Virus record (IMG/VR): IMGVR_UViG_3300005573_001166
Coordinates: 32,001-96,000 of that record
Origin: a virus
DNA length: 64,000 bases
Strand: one strand, 5' to 3'
Shown here: positions 47,749 to 57,618 of the stretch, one piece after another
Numbering within the stretch: position 1 is the stretch's first letter
How the letters are laid out: each line of letters begins with the position of its first letter
The notes under the pieces: model-generated
The model's input: the letters and a program-made list of their open reading frames with translations, nothing else
Databases searched by the model: none
Told to the model about the DNA's origin: nothing
Position numbers and translations under genes: made by a program

Positions 47749-48738
47749 ATGGCTACATATGGAGAACAAACACAGGGAGGTCTTTCACAGGCAGCTGTTA
47801 ACCAAATTAGCACTGCTATTGCTAATGCACTTAAATTGTCCCAAAGAAATACACCTGTAAACTCAAGTGAGAAAAGGAGACAGGAGTATTTATCCGGCAT
47901 TCAAAAAGAGGCCACATTAGCGAGGGCGTTAACAACAGAAGCAGGTCTTAGAAAGATAGCTGCTAATATGGCAAACCCAGTTCGTTTCTATCTAGATTAC
48001 AAAGGCATATTCCGCAAATTTGCAGTAGTAGAACAAATTCCAGACGGTGTGCCGATGATCTACGACAGAGACCAACCGGATGTCCCAGCAGTAAAGGTAG
48101 CAGCTGGCGGTGCTGGTGCAATGATTGAAATGGTCGCTCAAAGAATAGAGCTAGAACCTTTCGAAATTGTTGCAAGGCCAAAAGTTCCTTATCGCGAACT
48201 ATTTAACCGCAGATTCAGAGCATTGGATCGTGCGAAAGACAAATTAATTTGGGGTATGGAACTACGTGAAGACCTTATAGGTTTCAGCTTACTAGCTTCT
48301 GCATGGGCAGCAGGTCCAAACGCAGGTGTAAATGTTGCAGGTGCTTTAACAAAAGCAGCATTAGCAGATGCATTTGCTCAAATTGAAAGATGGAGGTTAC
48401 CAGTAGCTGCTGTTCTAATGAGTGCATATGGAACAAGAGATATTCGTTCTTGGGAATGGACAGTATTAGACCAGTTAGCTTTGCAGGAAATCCGCGAAAC
48501 AGGTTACTTGGGTAATTTGTGGGGCGCCGACTTTTACGTCTCAGACCAAGTCTCTTACGGAACAATGTATATAATGACATCTCCTAAGTTCTTGGCCTGG
48601 ATGCCTTTCAGACGTGATACCCAAGTTATTCCAGCAGATGATCCCGACAACCTCTGGTTAGGCTTTGTAGGTTATGAACTCTTAGGAATGACTGTATTTA
48701 ACAGCCGAGGAGTAACCAGGTTAACATTTACCGTATAA
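47749..48738 (+). CDS. major capsid protein (HK97 fold)
   Basis: MANPVRFYLDYKGIFRK, PDGVPMIYDRD, GYLGNLWGADF, GFVGYELLGMTVFN; strong SD; followed by a terminator. Confidence 0.85.
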   Translation: MATYGEQTQGGLSQAAVNQISTAIANALKLSQRNTPVNSSEKRRQEYLSGIQKEATLARALTTEAGLRKIAANMANPVRFYLDYKGIFRKFAVVEQIPDGVPMIYDRDQPDVPAVKVAAGGAGAMIEMVAQRIELEPFEIVARPKVPYRELFNRRFRALDRAKDKLIWGMELREDLIGFSLLASAWAAGPNAGVNVAGALTKAALADAFAQIERWRLPVAAVLMSAYGTRDIRSWEWTVLDQLALQEIRETGYLGNLWGADFYVSDQVSYGTMYIMTSPKFLAWMPFRRDTQVIPADDPDNLWLGFVGYELLGMTVFNSRGVTRLTFTV

Positions 48739-48758
48739 CCCACTGCCTTCCCCCCAAG

Positions 48759-48788
48759 ATAGCCCTAGGAAACTAGGGCTATTTTTTT
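48759..48788 (+). terminator. intrinsic terminator after the capsid gene
   Basis: atagccctag-gaaa-ctagggctat plus T run. Confidence 0.92.
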
Positions 48789-48868
48789 GCCTATTTATAC
48801 GAGAAGGGATGAAATGTGTAAATTAAGAATAGAGGTAGATCTTTTTTACTTATTTTAAGGAGGAAATT

Positions 48869-49243
48869 ATGGAAACAAAAGAATCGTACATTTTTGGCAA
48901 CATAACAGATCAGGATATCGTTTTCCCAGATTTAATTGTAGGTACAGGGAATACAGGACCTGCATTTAAACTACAGCCGGGGGAGGTTGTAAATTTCGAG
49001 GAGTTCTTCTCACCTCAAAGGTTAAAGAGGGCACGCTCTATAGCTATAGCAAAGGAAAGGGGGCTTATAAAGGAATGCGCTCCTGGAGAAGTTATAGAGG
49101 TTAAAAAGCGAATATATACATCAGGACCTGCTCCTAAAAACGAGTTTGATATACTTTTAGAGGAAGAACTCAAAAAAGAGCAAGAGGAGCAGGAAAGATT
49201 AAGAGCCAGTTCTATAGATGTTCTAGGTTCGAGGAATAGGTAG
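48869..49243 (+). CDS. small protein (paralog family)
   Basis: GNITDQDIVFPDL...LQPGEVV...AKERGLI. Confidence 0.7.
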   Translation: METKESYIFGNITDQDIVFPDLIVGTGNTGPAFKLQPGEVVNFEEFFSPQRLKRARSIAIAKERGLIKECAPGEVIEVKKRIYTSGPAPKNEFDILLEEELKKEQEEQERLRASSIDVLGSRNR

Positions 49244-49245
49244 AA

Positions 49246-49566
49246 TTGCGTATTATAAATAATACATCAGGTCCTGTTTATATAACAGATCTAGCTTTGC
49301 GGGTAGGCAGCTCTCCTGTTTCAATAGACGCTACTAAAATTGCCTATTCCAGTAATTTGATAGAAGCGGTAGTTAAGGGTTTTGTTTCCTTAGAGATACT
49401 AGGCAGTGAGAAGGATGACTCGGCTGTTCGGCAATATTTGGAACGCTTGGATGATGCAACTGCTTTAAGTAAAGGGAAACAACTAGCTGAACAACTTATA
49501 GAGGATATGAAAAAGCGTACCAGTAACTGCCTATCTGTTAAACCCGCAAGATTGTTAGAGCAGTAA
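49246..49566 (+). CDS. small protein (paralog family)
   Basis: MRIINNTSGPVYITDL...EAVVKGFV. Confidence 0.65.
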   Translation: MRIINNTSGPVYITDLALRVGSSPVSIDATKIAYSSNLIEAVVKGFVSLEILGSEKDDSAVRQYLERLDDATALSKGKQLAEQLIEDMKKRTSNCLSVKPARLLEQ

Positions 49567-49586
49567 AACCTTCGGAGGTACCTTTA

Positions 49587-50795
49587 ATGAGATTAGGTAT
49601 TATCGCCCCCCTAATATTCGGCAGCTCTGGATACGCTAGAGCAGGTAGGCAGATAATGTTCGGATTATCTGATTTGGGGATAGATATTCAGTTATACGGT
49701 ATAAACCCTCGAGTATCAGATACCACTATATCAAAGGAAGAGCTAGATAGAGTGCGTTCTTTCACCTCCTTTACACAACCTCCCGATATATGGTTCAACT
49801 TAGCCCCCCAATGTTTATTTTCTTATACAAAAGAGCATACAGGATACAAAATAGGGATGTCTATGTTCGAAACCCTTCATAACCCTCCTTCTTTCACAGA
49901 AAAGTGTGCTATGTGCGATGAGATATGGGTACCTTCGCACTTTAATTTCTACACCTTTAACGAGTCAAGCAAAGTGCCGAAAGAGAAATTAGCTTATATG
50001 CCGTTGGGGGTAGATACCAATATTTACTCACCTAGGGAGTCCAAATATAAGATAACAGATAACCTAAATACCGAGTTTGACTTTGTATATGGTATTATTT
50101 GTGGATATTCTGCTAGAAAAGGGGTAGATTTAGTTCTTACGGCACACCATGAGCTTTTTAGTACAGACAGTAGGGTAGCTTTATTTGTTAAGGGAGACGG
50201 GTATGGGGCTAGGTTATTCCCTAAAGATATTGCATCTCTCTATGCAGGGCAAACTATTATAAGGGACAGCAATGTATGTGATAGAAGTAAAATACTAAAG
50301 AATAAGCCTCCTGTATTATACAGCTTTGAATCGTATCCTGATTCTGAGATAGTTGAGATTCTATTGTCTTTAGATGCTTTTGTTTTTCCTAGCAGGGGGG
50401 AGGGGTTTGGATTACCACCGTTAGAAGCTATGAGTTGTGCTTTACCTGTGATAGGAACTGCCGCTACGGGTATGAAGGAATTTATGCTGCCCAGTATTTC
50501 TTATCCTGTAAAATCTAACGGTTTCAAGCCTGAGCCTAGATGCGACTGGATAACTACTCAATACAAAGGCAACTTATTTGCAGATCCTGATTATATATCA
50601 TACAGAGATGCTGTTTGGGATGTATATACAAACCGAAAGAAAGCTAAAGCTAAGGGAGTTAAGGCTAGAGAGTTTGTAGTAAAGCATTATGATTATAAAA
50701 TAGTAACTACCAGAATGAAGAGAAGGTTAGAGGAGATTTTATCTGGTAAAACTAGTACAGAAGGTTTTTGGCCGGATGGAGGAGGTGGAATATGA
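49587..50795 (+). CDS. glycosyltransferase, GT-B/GT4-like
   Basis: SGYARA, FET, EIWVPS, PLGVD, RKG, FVFPSRGEGFGLPPLEAM. Confidence 0.92.
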   Translation: MRLGIIAPLIFGSSGYARAGRQIMFGLSDLGIDIQLYGINPRVSDTTISKEELDRVRSFTSFTQPPDIWFNLAPQCLFSYTKEHTGYKIGMSMFETLHNPPSFTEKCAMCDEIWVPSHFNFYTFNESSKVPKEKLAYMPLGVDTNIYSPRESKYKITDNLNTEFDFVYGIICGYSARKGVDLVLTAHHELFSTDSRVALFVKGDGYGARLFPKDIASLYAGQTIIRDSNVCDRSKILKNKPPVLYSFESYPDSEIVEILLSLDAFVFPSRGEGFGLPPLEAMSCALPVIGTAATGMKEFMLPSISYPVKSNGFKPEPRCDWITTQYKGNLFADPDYISYRDAVWDVYTNRKKAKAKGVKAREFVVKHYDYKIVTTRMKRRLEEILSGKTSTEGFWPDGGGGI

Positions 50796-51061
50796 AGATT
50801 TACAACATAACCCCTAGCGGCACAAAAGTTGTAATTCCGGACCTTAATATCACACTGTTGCCTGGGGATGCAGTAGAAATATCCCTTGAAGATCTTGGGT
50901 CACCTGCACTACAAAGAGCTATAAAAGCTAAAGTAGTAGCGGTAAAAGACTTTGGACTTAGTACTATTAAAACTGTCCCCAGTAACCGTATTACGTTACA
51001 AAGCATAGAACCTGTATTGTCTAACGTAAGAGCGGCTGTTTTAGTTAGGAGGGAAGTATGA
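50792..51061 (+). CDS. small protein (paralog family)
   Basis: ATG 50792 after GGAGG: MKIYNITPSG..VVIPDLNITLLPGD...LQRAIKAKVV. Confidence 0.65.
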   Translation: MKIYNITPSGTKVVIPDLNITLLPGDAVEISLEDLGSPALQRAIKAKVVAVKDFGLSTIKTVPSNRITLQSIEPVLSNVRAAVLVRREV

Positions 51062-52152
51062 AGATAGGTATATATTCACCTTATGTGTTTAGTCAAGTTA
51101 CAGGTAGAGCTAAAGTTAGTAGGTTACTAGCTTTAACTTTAGAGAAAGTGGGGATGGAGGTCAGGTTGCTAAATGCAAAACCCTCTACTTCTGACAATAC
51201 TTTAAGTGGGGAGGATTATAACCTTTTAGTGGACTTTACTAAAAGAGATTTCACTCCGGATGTTATTATAAGTTTTGTGCCTCTGGAGGAGGAGTATACT
51301 TGTAAAAAGGTAGGTATCTTATGCGATTTGTTCAATTCTGTTCCCCCTTCTTTTAATGCAGATCTGTGGGATGAGATATGGATACCTTCTAAAGCAACGT
51401 ATACAATGTTAACCAAGTCTAAAAAGCAATTAGCTGATAAAGCCCACTGGGTACCTTTTGGAATAGATACTGATGTTTTCAAACCGGGTGAAAAGATTAT
51501 AAGTATTAGCGATGAACTGAGCACCAAATTTGACTTTATATATGGATTTATAGGGGAGTATAATCCGAGAAAAGGCATAGATGTTTTGCTTCAAGCTCAT
51601 TACGACATGTTTGACTCTAACAGCTCTGTAGCCCTCTTTATAAAAGGAGATATGCGAGGAGCGAAGTATTTGCTGAAAGATACCCAACTTATTGAAAGTA
51701 ACATGCAAAAGAAAGAGTTCCCAATTATAGTTTACAGCTTTAACGCTTTTAAAGATACAGAGCTTGCTGCTATTTACAGAGCTATAGACTTATTTGTTAC
51801 TCTTACTAGAGGGGAGTGGTTTGGGCTGTCTGTTTTAGAGGCTATGAGTTGTGGGGTGCCTGTTGTAGCTACTTTAACCTCTGCTTTAAAAGATTTCAAG
51901 GAGCACATTTTTCCTGTTAAAACTGTTACTAACAGCAAATTACTAGACTCCCTTGATGGTCGATATGAAGGCTCTTTATTCTCGGAGCCGGATATAGAAC
52001 ACTACAAAAGGCTGGTTTTAGACATATATAACAAGGAGATAGATACAAGTGGCAAGGTTCAGAGTGCTAGAGAGTTTGTAGTAGATAACTACAGCTTATC
52101 TGCTTTCTCTAAAAACATCGAAAATAGATTAGAAACTCTACTAGGGGCATAA
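51058..52152 (+). CDS. glycosyltransferase, GT-B/GT4-like (paralog of 49587)
   Basis: EIWIPS, PFGID, RKG, TRGEWFGLSVLEAM. Confidence 0.88.
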   Translation: MKIGIYSPYVFSQVTGRAKVSRLLALTLEKVGMEVRLLNAKPSTSDNTLSGEDYNLLVDFTKRDFTPDVIISFVPLEEEYTCKKVGILCDLFNSVPPSFNADLWDEIWIPSKATYTMLTKSKKQLADKAHWVPFGIDTDVFKPGEKIISISDELSTKFDFIYGFIGEYNPRKGIDVLLQAHYDMFDSNSSVALFIKGDMRGAKYLLKDTQLIESNMQKKEFPIIVYSFNAFKDTELAAIYRAIDLFVTLTRGEWFGLSVLEAMSCGVPVVATLTSALKDFKEHIFPVKTVTNSKLLDSLDGRYEGSLFSEPDIEHYKRLVLDIYNKEIDTSGKVQSAREFVVDNYSLSAFSKNIENRLETLLGA

Positions 52153-52153
52153 A

Positions 52154-53851
52154 ATGCACTTTCTATATATATCCGAGAGCCCCCATCCTTCTTTTGGGGG
52201 AGCATCTAAATGTATATACACTTTATTCTCCTACTTAACTAAATACAACCATCGTTGTACTACTATAGGCCCTGGAGGCGACAGTACCTTTGTATATAAA
52301 GACGTCAAAGTAATACACTCTTCTAATATTTACAATACCCTCTTATCTGTATTACAGGAAGACCCCCCAGATATAGTTATTACCCAACTTACAGGTGCTG
52401 ATACAGTACAAAGAACTTTACCTTCCCACATTCCCTTAATTTTAAGAATTCCTTCCTTTGAATTTATATGCAACGATCCTATCAAAATGGGAGACTGCTC
52501 CTTTCCCTGTTTACAGGGCAGTCCTTGTGCAGTTAAGGGAGCACATTTTGACCTATTCAAAAAGACTGCAGTAATAGGTTGCAGCGATTTCGTCAGTAAC
52601 ATAGTACAGAAAATATATAATGTTCCCTGTACTACTGTATATCCTTTCATAGACATACAGGAACATTTAGTAGAAAGTACAGGCAATTGCATAACAATGG
52701 TACAGGGGACTCCGTTAAAAGGGGTAGAACTGTTTTTAGATATTGCTACTAAATGCCCCGAATATCACTACTTGATAGTGGGTTTTACTAGTGTTTCTAA
52801 ATTTCCTACCAATGTAGAACATGTTCCTCCTACAGAGAACATGAAACAGGTATGGCAGAGAACAAAAGTACTACTGATTCCTTCTTTAGTTCAAGAGGCT
52901 TTTGGTAGGGTAGCTGTAGAGGCAGCTATTAACGGCATACCTGTAATAGCTTCAAATAAAGGCGGTTTGCCGGAAGCAGTTTCTCGTCCCTTCTGTTTAC
53001 CAGCTCGTCAATCTGAGTTATGGATATCAGAGTTGAAGCAATTGATGGAAAACGACGTATATTACGGTATAAGGTCTACTCAAGCTAAGGAATACGCTTC
53101 TAGATTTAGCCTTGTAAGTCAAGTCTCTAAATTTTTGCAAATAGCTTATACTTTTAAATATCCAGATTTACCTCCTACAAACACGAGCACTAAAGTAAGC
53201 ATCATAACATCTGTATATAAAGCTGGAGATTTTCTAGAGAAATATTTCAATTGGATATGCTCTCAAACATATAAAAATCTAGAGATCGTTTTAATATTGA
53301 ATGATCCTAGTGAACGAGAGTTATCTATTGTAGGTAAATATGTAGATAAATTAGAGATGCAGGTGGTTCAAGTGCCTTTAGAGCCTGTAACTGAGTCCTA
53401 CAATAGAGCATATAAGATAGCATCTGGAGATATACTGCTAGTAGCCAGCGTAGATGATACTTTGAGAGAAGATGCAATACATAGGTATGTCTATACTTTT
53501 GAAACTACAGCTGCAGATGTAGTATACTGCGATCATGTTAGGGTAACTAGTGAAGGTAGTATACCGGCCCCAAAAGTGGATTTTAACATAAACACTCTTA
53601 AGCAATTCTTTTATTTAGGCCCACATGTTGCAATACATCGCCGTATAGTAGAAAGTGGGGAATTTTTAAATACAGAATTTTTGTATGCTGCAGATTATGA
53701 ATACTATCTTAGGTTGGCTGTAAAAGGATATAAATTTGCAAGGATACCTATAGAGTTATCTACATATCTAGAACGGCCAGAGGCAATAACATATAGTTAC
53801 AGACAAGAACAAATAGATACTACTGAGAAAATAAAGAGGTTGTATGCTTAG
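52154..53851 (+). CDS. fused GT4 + GT2 glycosyltransferase
   Basis: EAFGRVAVEAAINGIPVIAS..GGLPE, then KVSIITSVY...VDD...ADYEYYLRL. Confidence 0.9.
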   Translation: MHFLYISESPHPSFGGASKCIYTLFSYLTKYNHRCTTIGPGGDSTFVYKDVKVIHSSNIYNTLLSVLQEDPPDIVITQLTGADTVQRTLPSHIPLILRIPSFEFICNDPIKMGDCSFPCLQGSPCAVKGAHFDLFKKTAVIGCSDFVSNIVQKIYNVPCTTVYPFIDIQEHLVESTGNCITMVQGTPLKGVELFLDIATKCPEYHYLIVGFTSVSKFPTNVEHVPPTENMKQVWQRTKVLLIPSLVQEAFGRVAVEAAINGIPVIASNKGGLPEAVSRPFCLPARQSELWISELKQLMENDVYYGIRSTQAKEYASRFSLVSQVSKFLQIAYTFKYPDLPPTNTSTKVSIITSVYKAGDFLEKYFNWICSQTYKNLEIVLILNDPSERELSIVGKYVDKLEMQVVQVPLEPVTESYNRAYKIASGDILLVASVDDTLREDAIHRYVYTFETTAADVVYCDHVRVTSEGSIPAPKVDFNINTLKQFFYLGPHVAIHRRIVESGEFLNTEFLYAADYEYYLRLAVKGYKFARIPIELSTYLERPEAITYSYRQEQIDTTEKIKRLYA

Positions 53852-54563
53852 CTGTATTATATTAGCAGGTGGTTTAGGTACTAGACTCTCTGCTCCTGTA
53901 CCTAAATGCGTAGTGCCTGTAAATAACAAACCTTTTCTTTTTTGGGTAATAAAAGGGTTACAGTACCAAGGAGTTGAAGATATTATTCTTTCTTTAGGGT
54001 ATAAGGCTGACTCTGTAATTTCTACAATGAAACCTATATTTGATGTAAGATATGTAGTAGAAAAAGAGCCTTTAGGTACTGGAGGAGCTATAAGGTATTG
54101 TTTAGAGTCTACTGCTACGGCAGATTCTGTCCTTATAGTAAACGGAGATTCCTTTGTCAGATTCAATTTAAAAGAACTGAAGAGAATATTCTCGGAGAAT
54201 ACAGGTGCTGTAGTAGCTTCTTATATGAATGATTGTAGTAGCTATGGGCGTATATCTATAGATGAGGATGGCCGTATTGTAGGCTTTATAGCAGGGGGAG
54301 GGAAAGAAGCGGGTATAATCAATGCAGGTATATGGCTGTTTGACAAACAGAAATTATTAGATTACATCCCTAAAGGTAAAGCATCTTTAGAATATGACGT
54401 ACTTCCCAATTTAATATCAAAAGAATCTTGTTTTGCATATACGGTAAAAGATCCTCTATTTGATATAGGCACTCCTGATAGGTTGAAAACGGCAGAATCT
54501 TTTTTTAAGAGTTTAGGAGGAGAGGATGGATTTCTCGAGTATATACGAGAAGTTATTTTATGA
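53844..54563 (+). CDS. sugar-phosphate nucleotidyltransferase (HddC-like)
   Basis: LAGGLGTRL..PK, EKEPLGTGGA, NGDS, INAG, FDIGTP. Confidence 0.88.
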   Translation: MLSCIILAGGLGTRLSAPVPKCVVPVNNKPFLFWVIKGLQYQGVEDIILSLGYKADSVISTMKPIFDVRYVVEKEPLGTGGAIRYCLESTATADSVLIVNGDSFVRFNLKELKRIFSENTGAVVASYMNDCSSYGRISIDEDGRIVGFIAGGGKEAGIINAGIWLFDKQKLLDYIPKGKASLEYDVLPNLISKESCFAYTVKDPLFDIGTPDRLKTAESFFKSLGGEDGFLEYIREVIL

Positions 54564-55455
54564 CGCATATAGGATAAGGTTGGTAGAGGAAGAGATAATA
54601 AAATTGTTTCCTTACGATAAAATACAAAGCCCTGTGCATCTATCTATAGGACAAGAGCCTATAGCTGTAGGCCTTTGTAACAATTTGCAAAAAGAGGATC
54701 TCCTATTCTGTACTTACAGGTCCCATGCTTATTACCTAGCTAAGGGAGGAGACCTCAAAGAAATGTTTGCAGAGTTGTATGGAAAAACTACGGGTACTTG
54801 TTGTGGAAAAGCGGGATCTATGCACCTAGCAGATCCTAAAGTAAATATAATGGGAACTTCTGCTTTGGTAGCAAGTACTATACCTCATGCAGTAGGAGCG
54901 GGTTTAGCAGCTAAACTACTAGGTAAGGAGCATATAATAGTTTCTGTATTTGGAGATGGAGCTACAGAGGAGGGAGTATATCATGAGTCTTTAAACTTTG
55001 CTAGTTTACATAAGGTTCCTGTTTTATTTGTTTGCGAGGACAATGGATTTGCATGTTACACTCCTAAAAAATACAGACAAAGTTATAGTATATCAGCTCA
55101 AGCAGGGTTATACGGTATAACAACCTGGGAGATATATGAAGGATACGACTTATCAAAAGTTTACTCAATTTTTAGATCTGCTGTTTCAAGTGTAAAAGAA
55201 AATAGGCAACCTTGTTTTGTATGGTGTCGTACATATAGGTACAAAGAGCATGTAGGTATAAACGAAGACCACCACTTGCCTCCCAGAGACCCAACTGAGT
55301 ACAATATTTGGAAAAGTAGAGATTTTACAAACGATACAGAGTTGTGTTCAAAGTACAAAAGCAGTATATTACGAGAGATAGAGGGAGCTGTTTCTTTTGC
55401 AGAGCAAAGCCCCTACCCTACAAAAGCTGATTTATTTATACATGTAGGTGTCTAA
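54526..55455 (+). CDS. TPP-dependent dehydrogenase E1 alpha-like subunit
   Basis: HLSIGQE, GSMH, FGDGATEEG...EDN, YRYKEHVG. Confidence 0.92.
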   Translation: MDFSSIYEKLFYDAYRIRLVEEEIIKLFPYDKIQSPVHLSIGQEPIAVGLCNNLQKEDLLFCTYRSHAYYLAKGGDLKEMFAELYGKTTGTCCGKAGSMHLADPKVNIMGTSALVASTIPHAVGAGLAAKLLGKEHIIVSVFGDGATEEGVYHESLNFASLHKVPVLFVCEDNGFACYTPKKYRQSYSISAQAGLYGITTWEIYEGYDLSKVYSIFRSAVSSVKENRQPCFVWCRTYRYKEHVGINEDHHLPPRDPTEYNIWKSRDFTNDTELCSKYKSSILREIEGAVSFAEQSPYPTKADLFIHVGV

Positions 55456-55457
55456 AA

Positions 55458-55604
55458 ATGAAAGTATTTACTGTAACATTAATAACAACATTACTTGTGG
55501 TATATATAGTAATATGTTTTATAACTGCTTTTATTGCGTTCCTGTTTATAATTATAAGTCTTATTGTAAAAGGTATCCGTTACTTAAGGAGACGATTGTG
55601 GTAG
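55458..55604 (+). CDS. 48-aa membrane micro-protein (not in ORF track)
   Basis: AGGTG SD; MKVFTVTLITTLLVVYIVICFITAFIAFLFIIISLIVKGIRYLRRRLW*. Confidence 0.6.
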   Translation: MKVFTVTLITTLLVVYIVICFITAFIAFLFIIISLIVKGIRYLRRRLW

Positions 55605-56626
55605 TTACATATAGAGATGCTTTGCTGCAGGTAATGAATGACAGCTTAGAGAGGCCTAATACTATTATAATAGGCCAAGGAGTTTCAGATCCCAAAGGTA
55701 TATTTGGAACTACTTTAGGTTTGGCAGATAAATATGGATACGATAGGGTTATAGATGTTCCTTTATCAGAGGAATGTATAACAGGCGTTTGTATTGGAGC
55801 AGCATTAAACGGTATCTATCCCATTAACACTCATATTAGAGCTGATTTTGCGTTAGTAACTTTCAATCAGATCGTTAATTTAGCTGCTAAATACAGAGAT
55901 ACTTATCATGGTAACTTTGAACTACCTATGATGATAAGGATGGTAGTAGGGAGAAGCTGGGGACAGGGGGCACAACATTCTCAAAGCCCCCAAGCTCTCT
56001 TTGCTCATATACCCGGTCTAACTGTTTTCATGCCCTCAAATGCTCAAGCAGTACTAGATTGGTATACTTGGGCATTAGATTACAGAGATCCCGTCATCTT
56101 TATAGAGCATAGGCTTTTATACGATATACGGTTTGAAGTAAACAAACAACGTACTTCAAAGACCATACTAATGAGAGAGGGCAGAGATGTTACTATAGTA
56201 GCTACAAGTATTATGGTTTTAGAGACTATAAGGGCAGCTAAATATTTAGAACAATTTGGCATACATTGTGAAGTAATAGACTTAAATTGTATTTCTCACC
56301 CTGATTGGGAGTGTATTATAAGTAGCGTAGAGAAGACAGGCAGGTTATTGATTGCAGATACTAGTTGGAGGCCTTTTGGGGTATCTGCTGAAGTAGCTAG
56401 GGTTATAGGGGAAACGGATCCCGGTATACTAAAAGCTCCTATCAAAAGTGTAGGAATGCAGTTTGTTACATGTCCTACTGCTAAAGTACTAGAAGACGTT
56501 TTCTATCCTAGCCAGCATACACTTATAGATGACATTGCAACTTTAGTAATGGGAAGACACTCTATTCCTTTACCCACTGAGAGTTCTATGTCAGATACTT
56601 ATAAAAAATTCAAAGGTCCTTTTTGA
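55598..56626 (+). CDS. TPP-dependent dehydrogenase E1 beta-like subunit
   Basis: GTG start after AAGGAG; RVIDVPLSE, GAQHSQ, DPVIFIEH, EVIDL, SVEKTGRL. Confidence 0.9.
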   Translation: MVVTYRDALLQVMNDSLERPNTIIIGQGVSDPKGIFGTTLGLADKYGYDRVIDVPLSEECITGVCIGAALNGIYPINTHIRADFALVTFNQIVNLAAKYRDTYHGNFELPMMIRMVVGRSWGQGAQHSQSPQALFAHIPGLTVFMPSNAQAVLDWYTWALDYRDPVIFIEHRLLYDIRFEVNKQRTSKTILMREGRDVTIVATSIMVLETIRAAKYLEQFGIHCEVIDLNCISHPDWECIISSVEKTGRLLIADTSWRPFGVSAEVARVIGETDPGILKAPIKSVGMQFVTCPTAKVLEDVFYPSQHTLIDDIATLVMGRHSIPLPTESSMSDTYKKFKGPF

Positions 56627-56638
56627 GGAGGCAAAATT

Positions 56639-57607
56639 ATGCGGGTTTTAATTACAGGTATTGCAGGTATGGTAGGATCCCATTTAGCGGATTATATACT
56701 AGAAAATCATCCAGATGTAGAGGTTCATGGTATAATAACATGGGGTTCGTCTATCGAGAATATTAAGCATATTGCAGATAAAGTGGTGCTACATATAGGG
56801 GATTTAACTGATTTAGGTTCTGCTATTTCTACCGTTAAAGCTTCATTGCCAGACAGGATATTCCACCTAGCAGCACAATCGTATGTAATGAGTAGTTTTC
56901 AGATGCCTGCTGCTACTATAACGGCAAACGTTATAGGTACTTCAAATCTGCTAGAAGCTGTTAGGGTTACAGGTATACGACCTCGAATACACGTCTGTTC
57001 TAGCTCTGAAGTTTACGGGCAGGTTTCTATAAATGAGGTGCCTATAAAGGAAACTGCTCCTTTTAGACCTGCTTCTCCGTATGCGGTCTCTAAAGCAGCT
57101 GCAGATATGCTTGCATATCAATACTTTTTATCTTATAACATGGATATAATTAGGACGAGGATGTTTACGCATACAGGACCTAGAAGAGGAGATGTATTTG
57201 CGGAATCTGCCTTTGCCAAACAAATTGCGCTTGTAGAAGCAGGGAAACAGCCTAACCCGGTAAAAGTAGGCAATCTTAACAGCGTCAGAACTTTTCAGGA
57301 TGTAAGGGACGCGGTTAAAGCATACTGGATTTTACTAGAGAAATGTCCTGCAGGAGAGGTCTATAACATCGGAGGAAATACTACTGTTACTATAGGAGAG
57401 ATGTTAGAAATGTTAAAGTCTATGGCAAGATGTCCTATAGAGCATACAGTAGATCCTTCCTTACTTAGGCCTTCTGATGTTACAATGCAAATACCGGATT
57501 CTAGTAAATTCAAACAGGCTACCGGGTGGGAGCCTGAAATTCCTCTAGAGGTTACTTTAAGGGATCTTTTAAATTACCATAGAGATAAAGTTGCTAGACA
57601 GTTATAG
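56639..57607 (+). CDS. GDP-sugar 4,6-dehydratase (Gmd-like extended SDR)
   Basis: ITGIAGMVGSHLA, HLAAQSYV, SSSEVYG, SPYAVSK, HTGPRRG, LRPSDV. Confidence 0.9.
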   Translation: MRVLITGIAGMVGSHLADYILENHPDVEVHGIITWGSSIENIKHIADKVVLHIGDLTDLGSAISTVKASLPDRIFHLAAQSYVMSSFQMPAATITANVIGTSNLLEAVRVTGIRPRIHVCSSSEVYGQVSINEVPIKETAPFRPASPYAVSKAAADMLAYQYFLSYNMDIIRTRMFTHTGPRRGDVFAESAFAKQIALVEAGKQPNPVKVGNLNSVRTFQDVRDAVKAYWILLEKCPAGEVYNIGGNTTVTIGEMLEMLKSMARCPIEHTVDPSLLRPSDVTMQIPDSSKFKQATGWEPEIPLEVTLRDLLNYHRDKVARQL

Positions 57608-57618
57608 GAGAATAGGCG

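Noticed and set aside
55448-55597. Cys/Asn/Tyr-rich N-terminal extension of E1 beta in the ORF track
   Set aside because: A better SD and GTG start lie at 55598, and the region reads as a membrane peptide in another frame.
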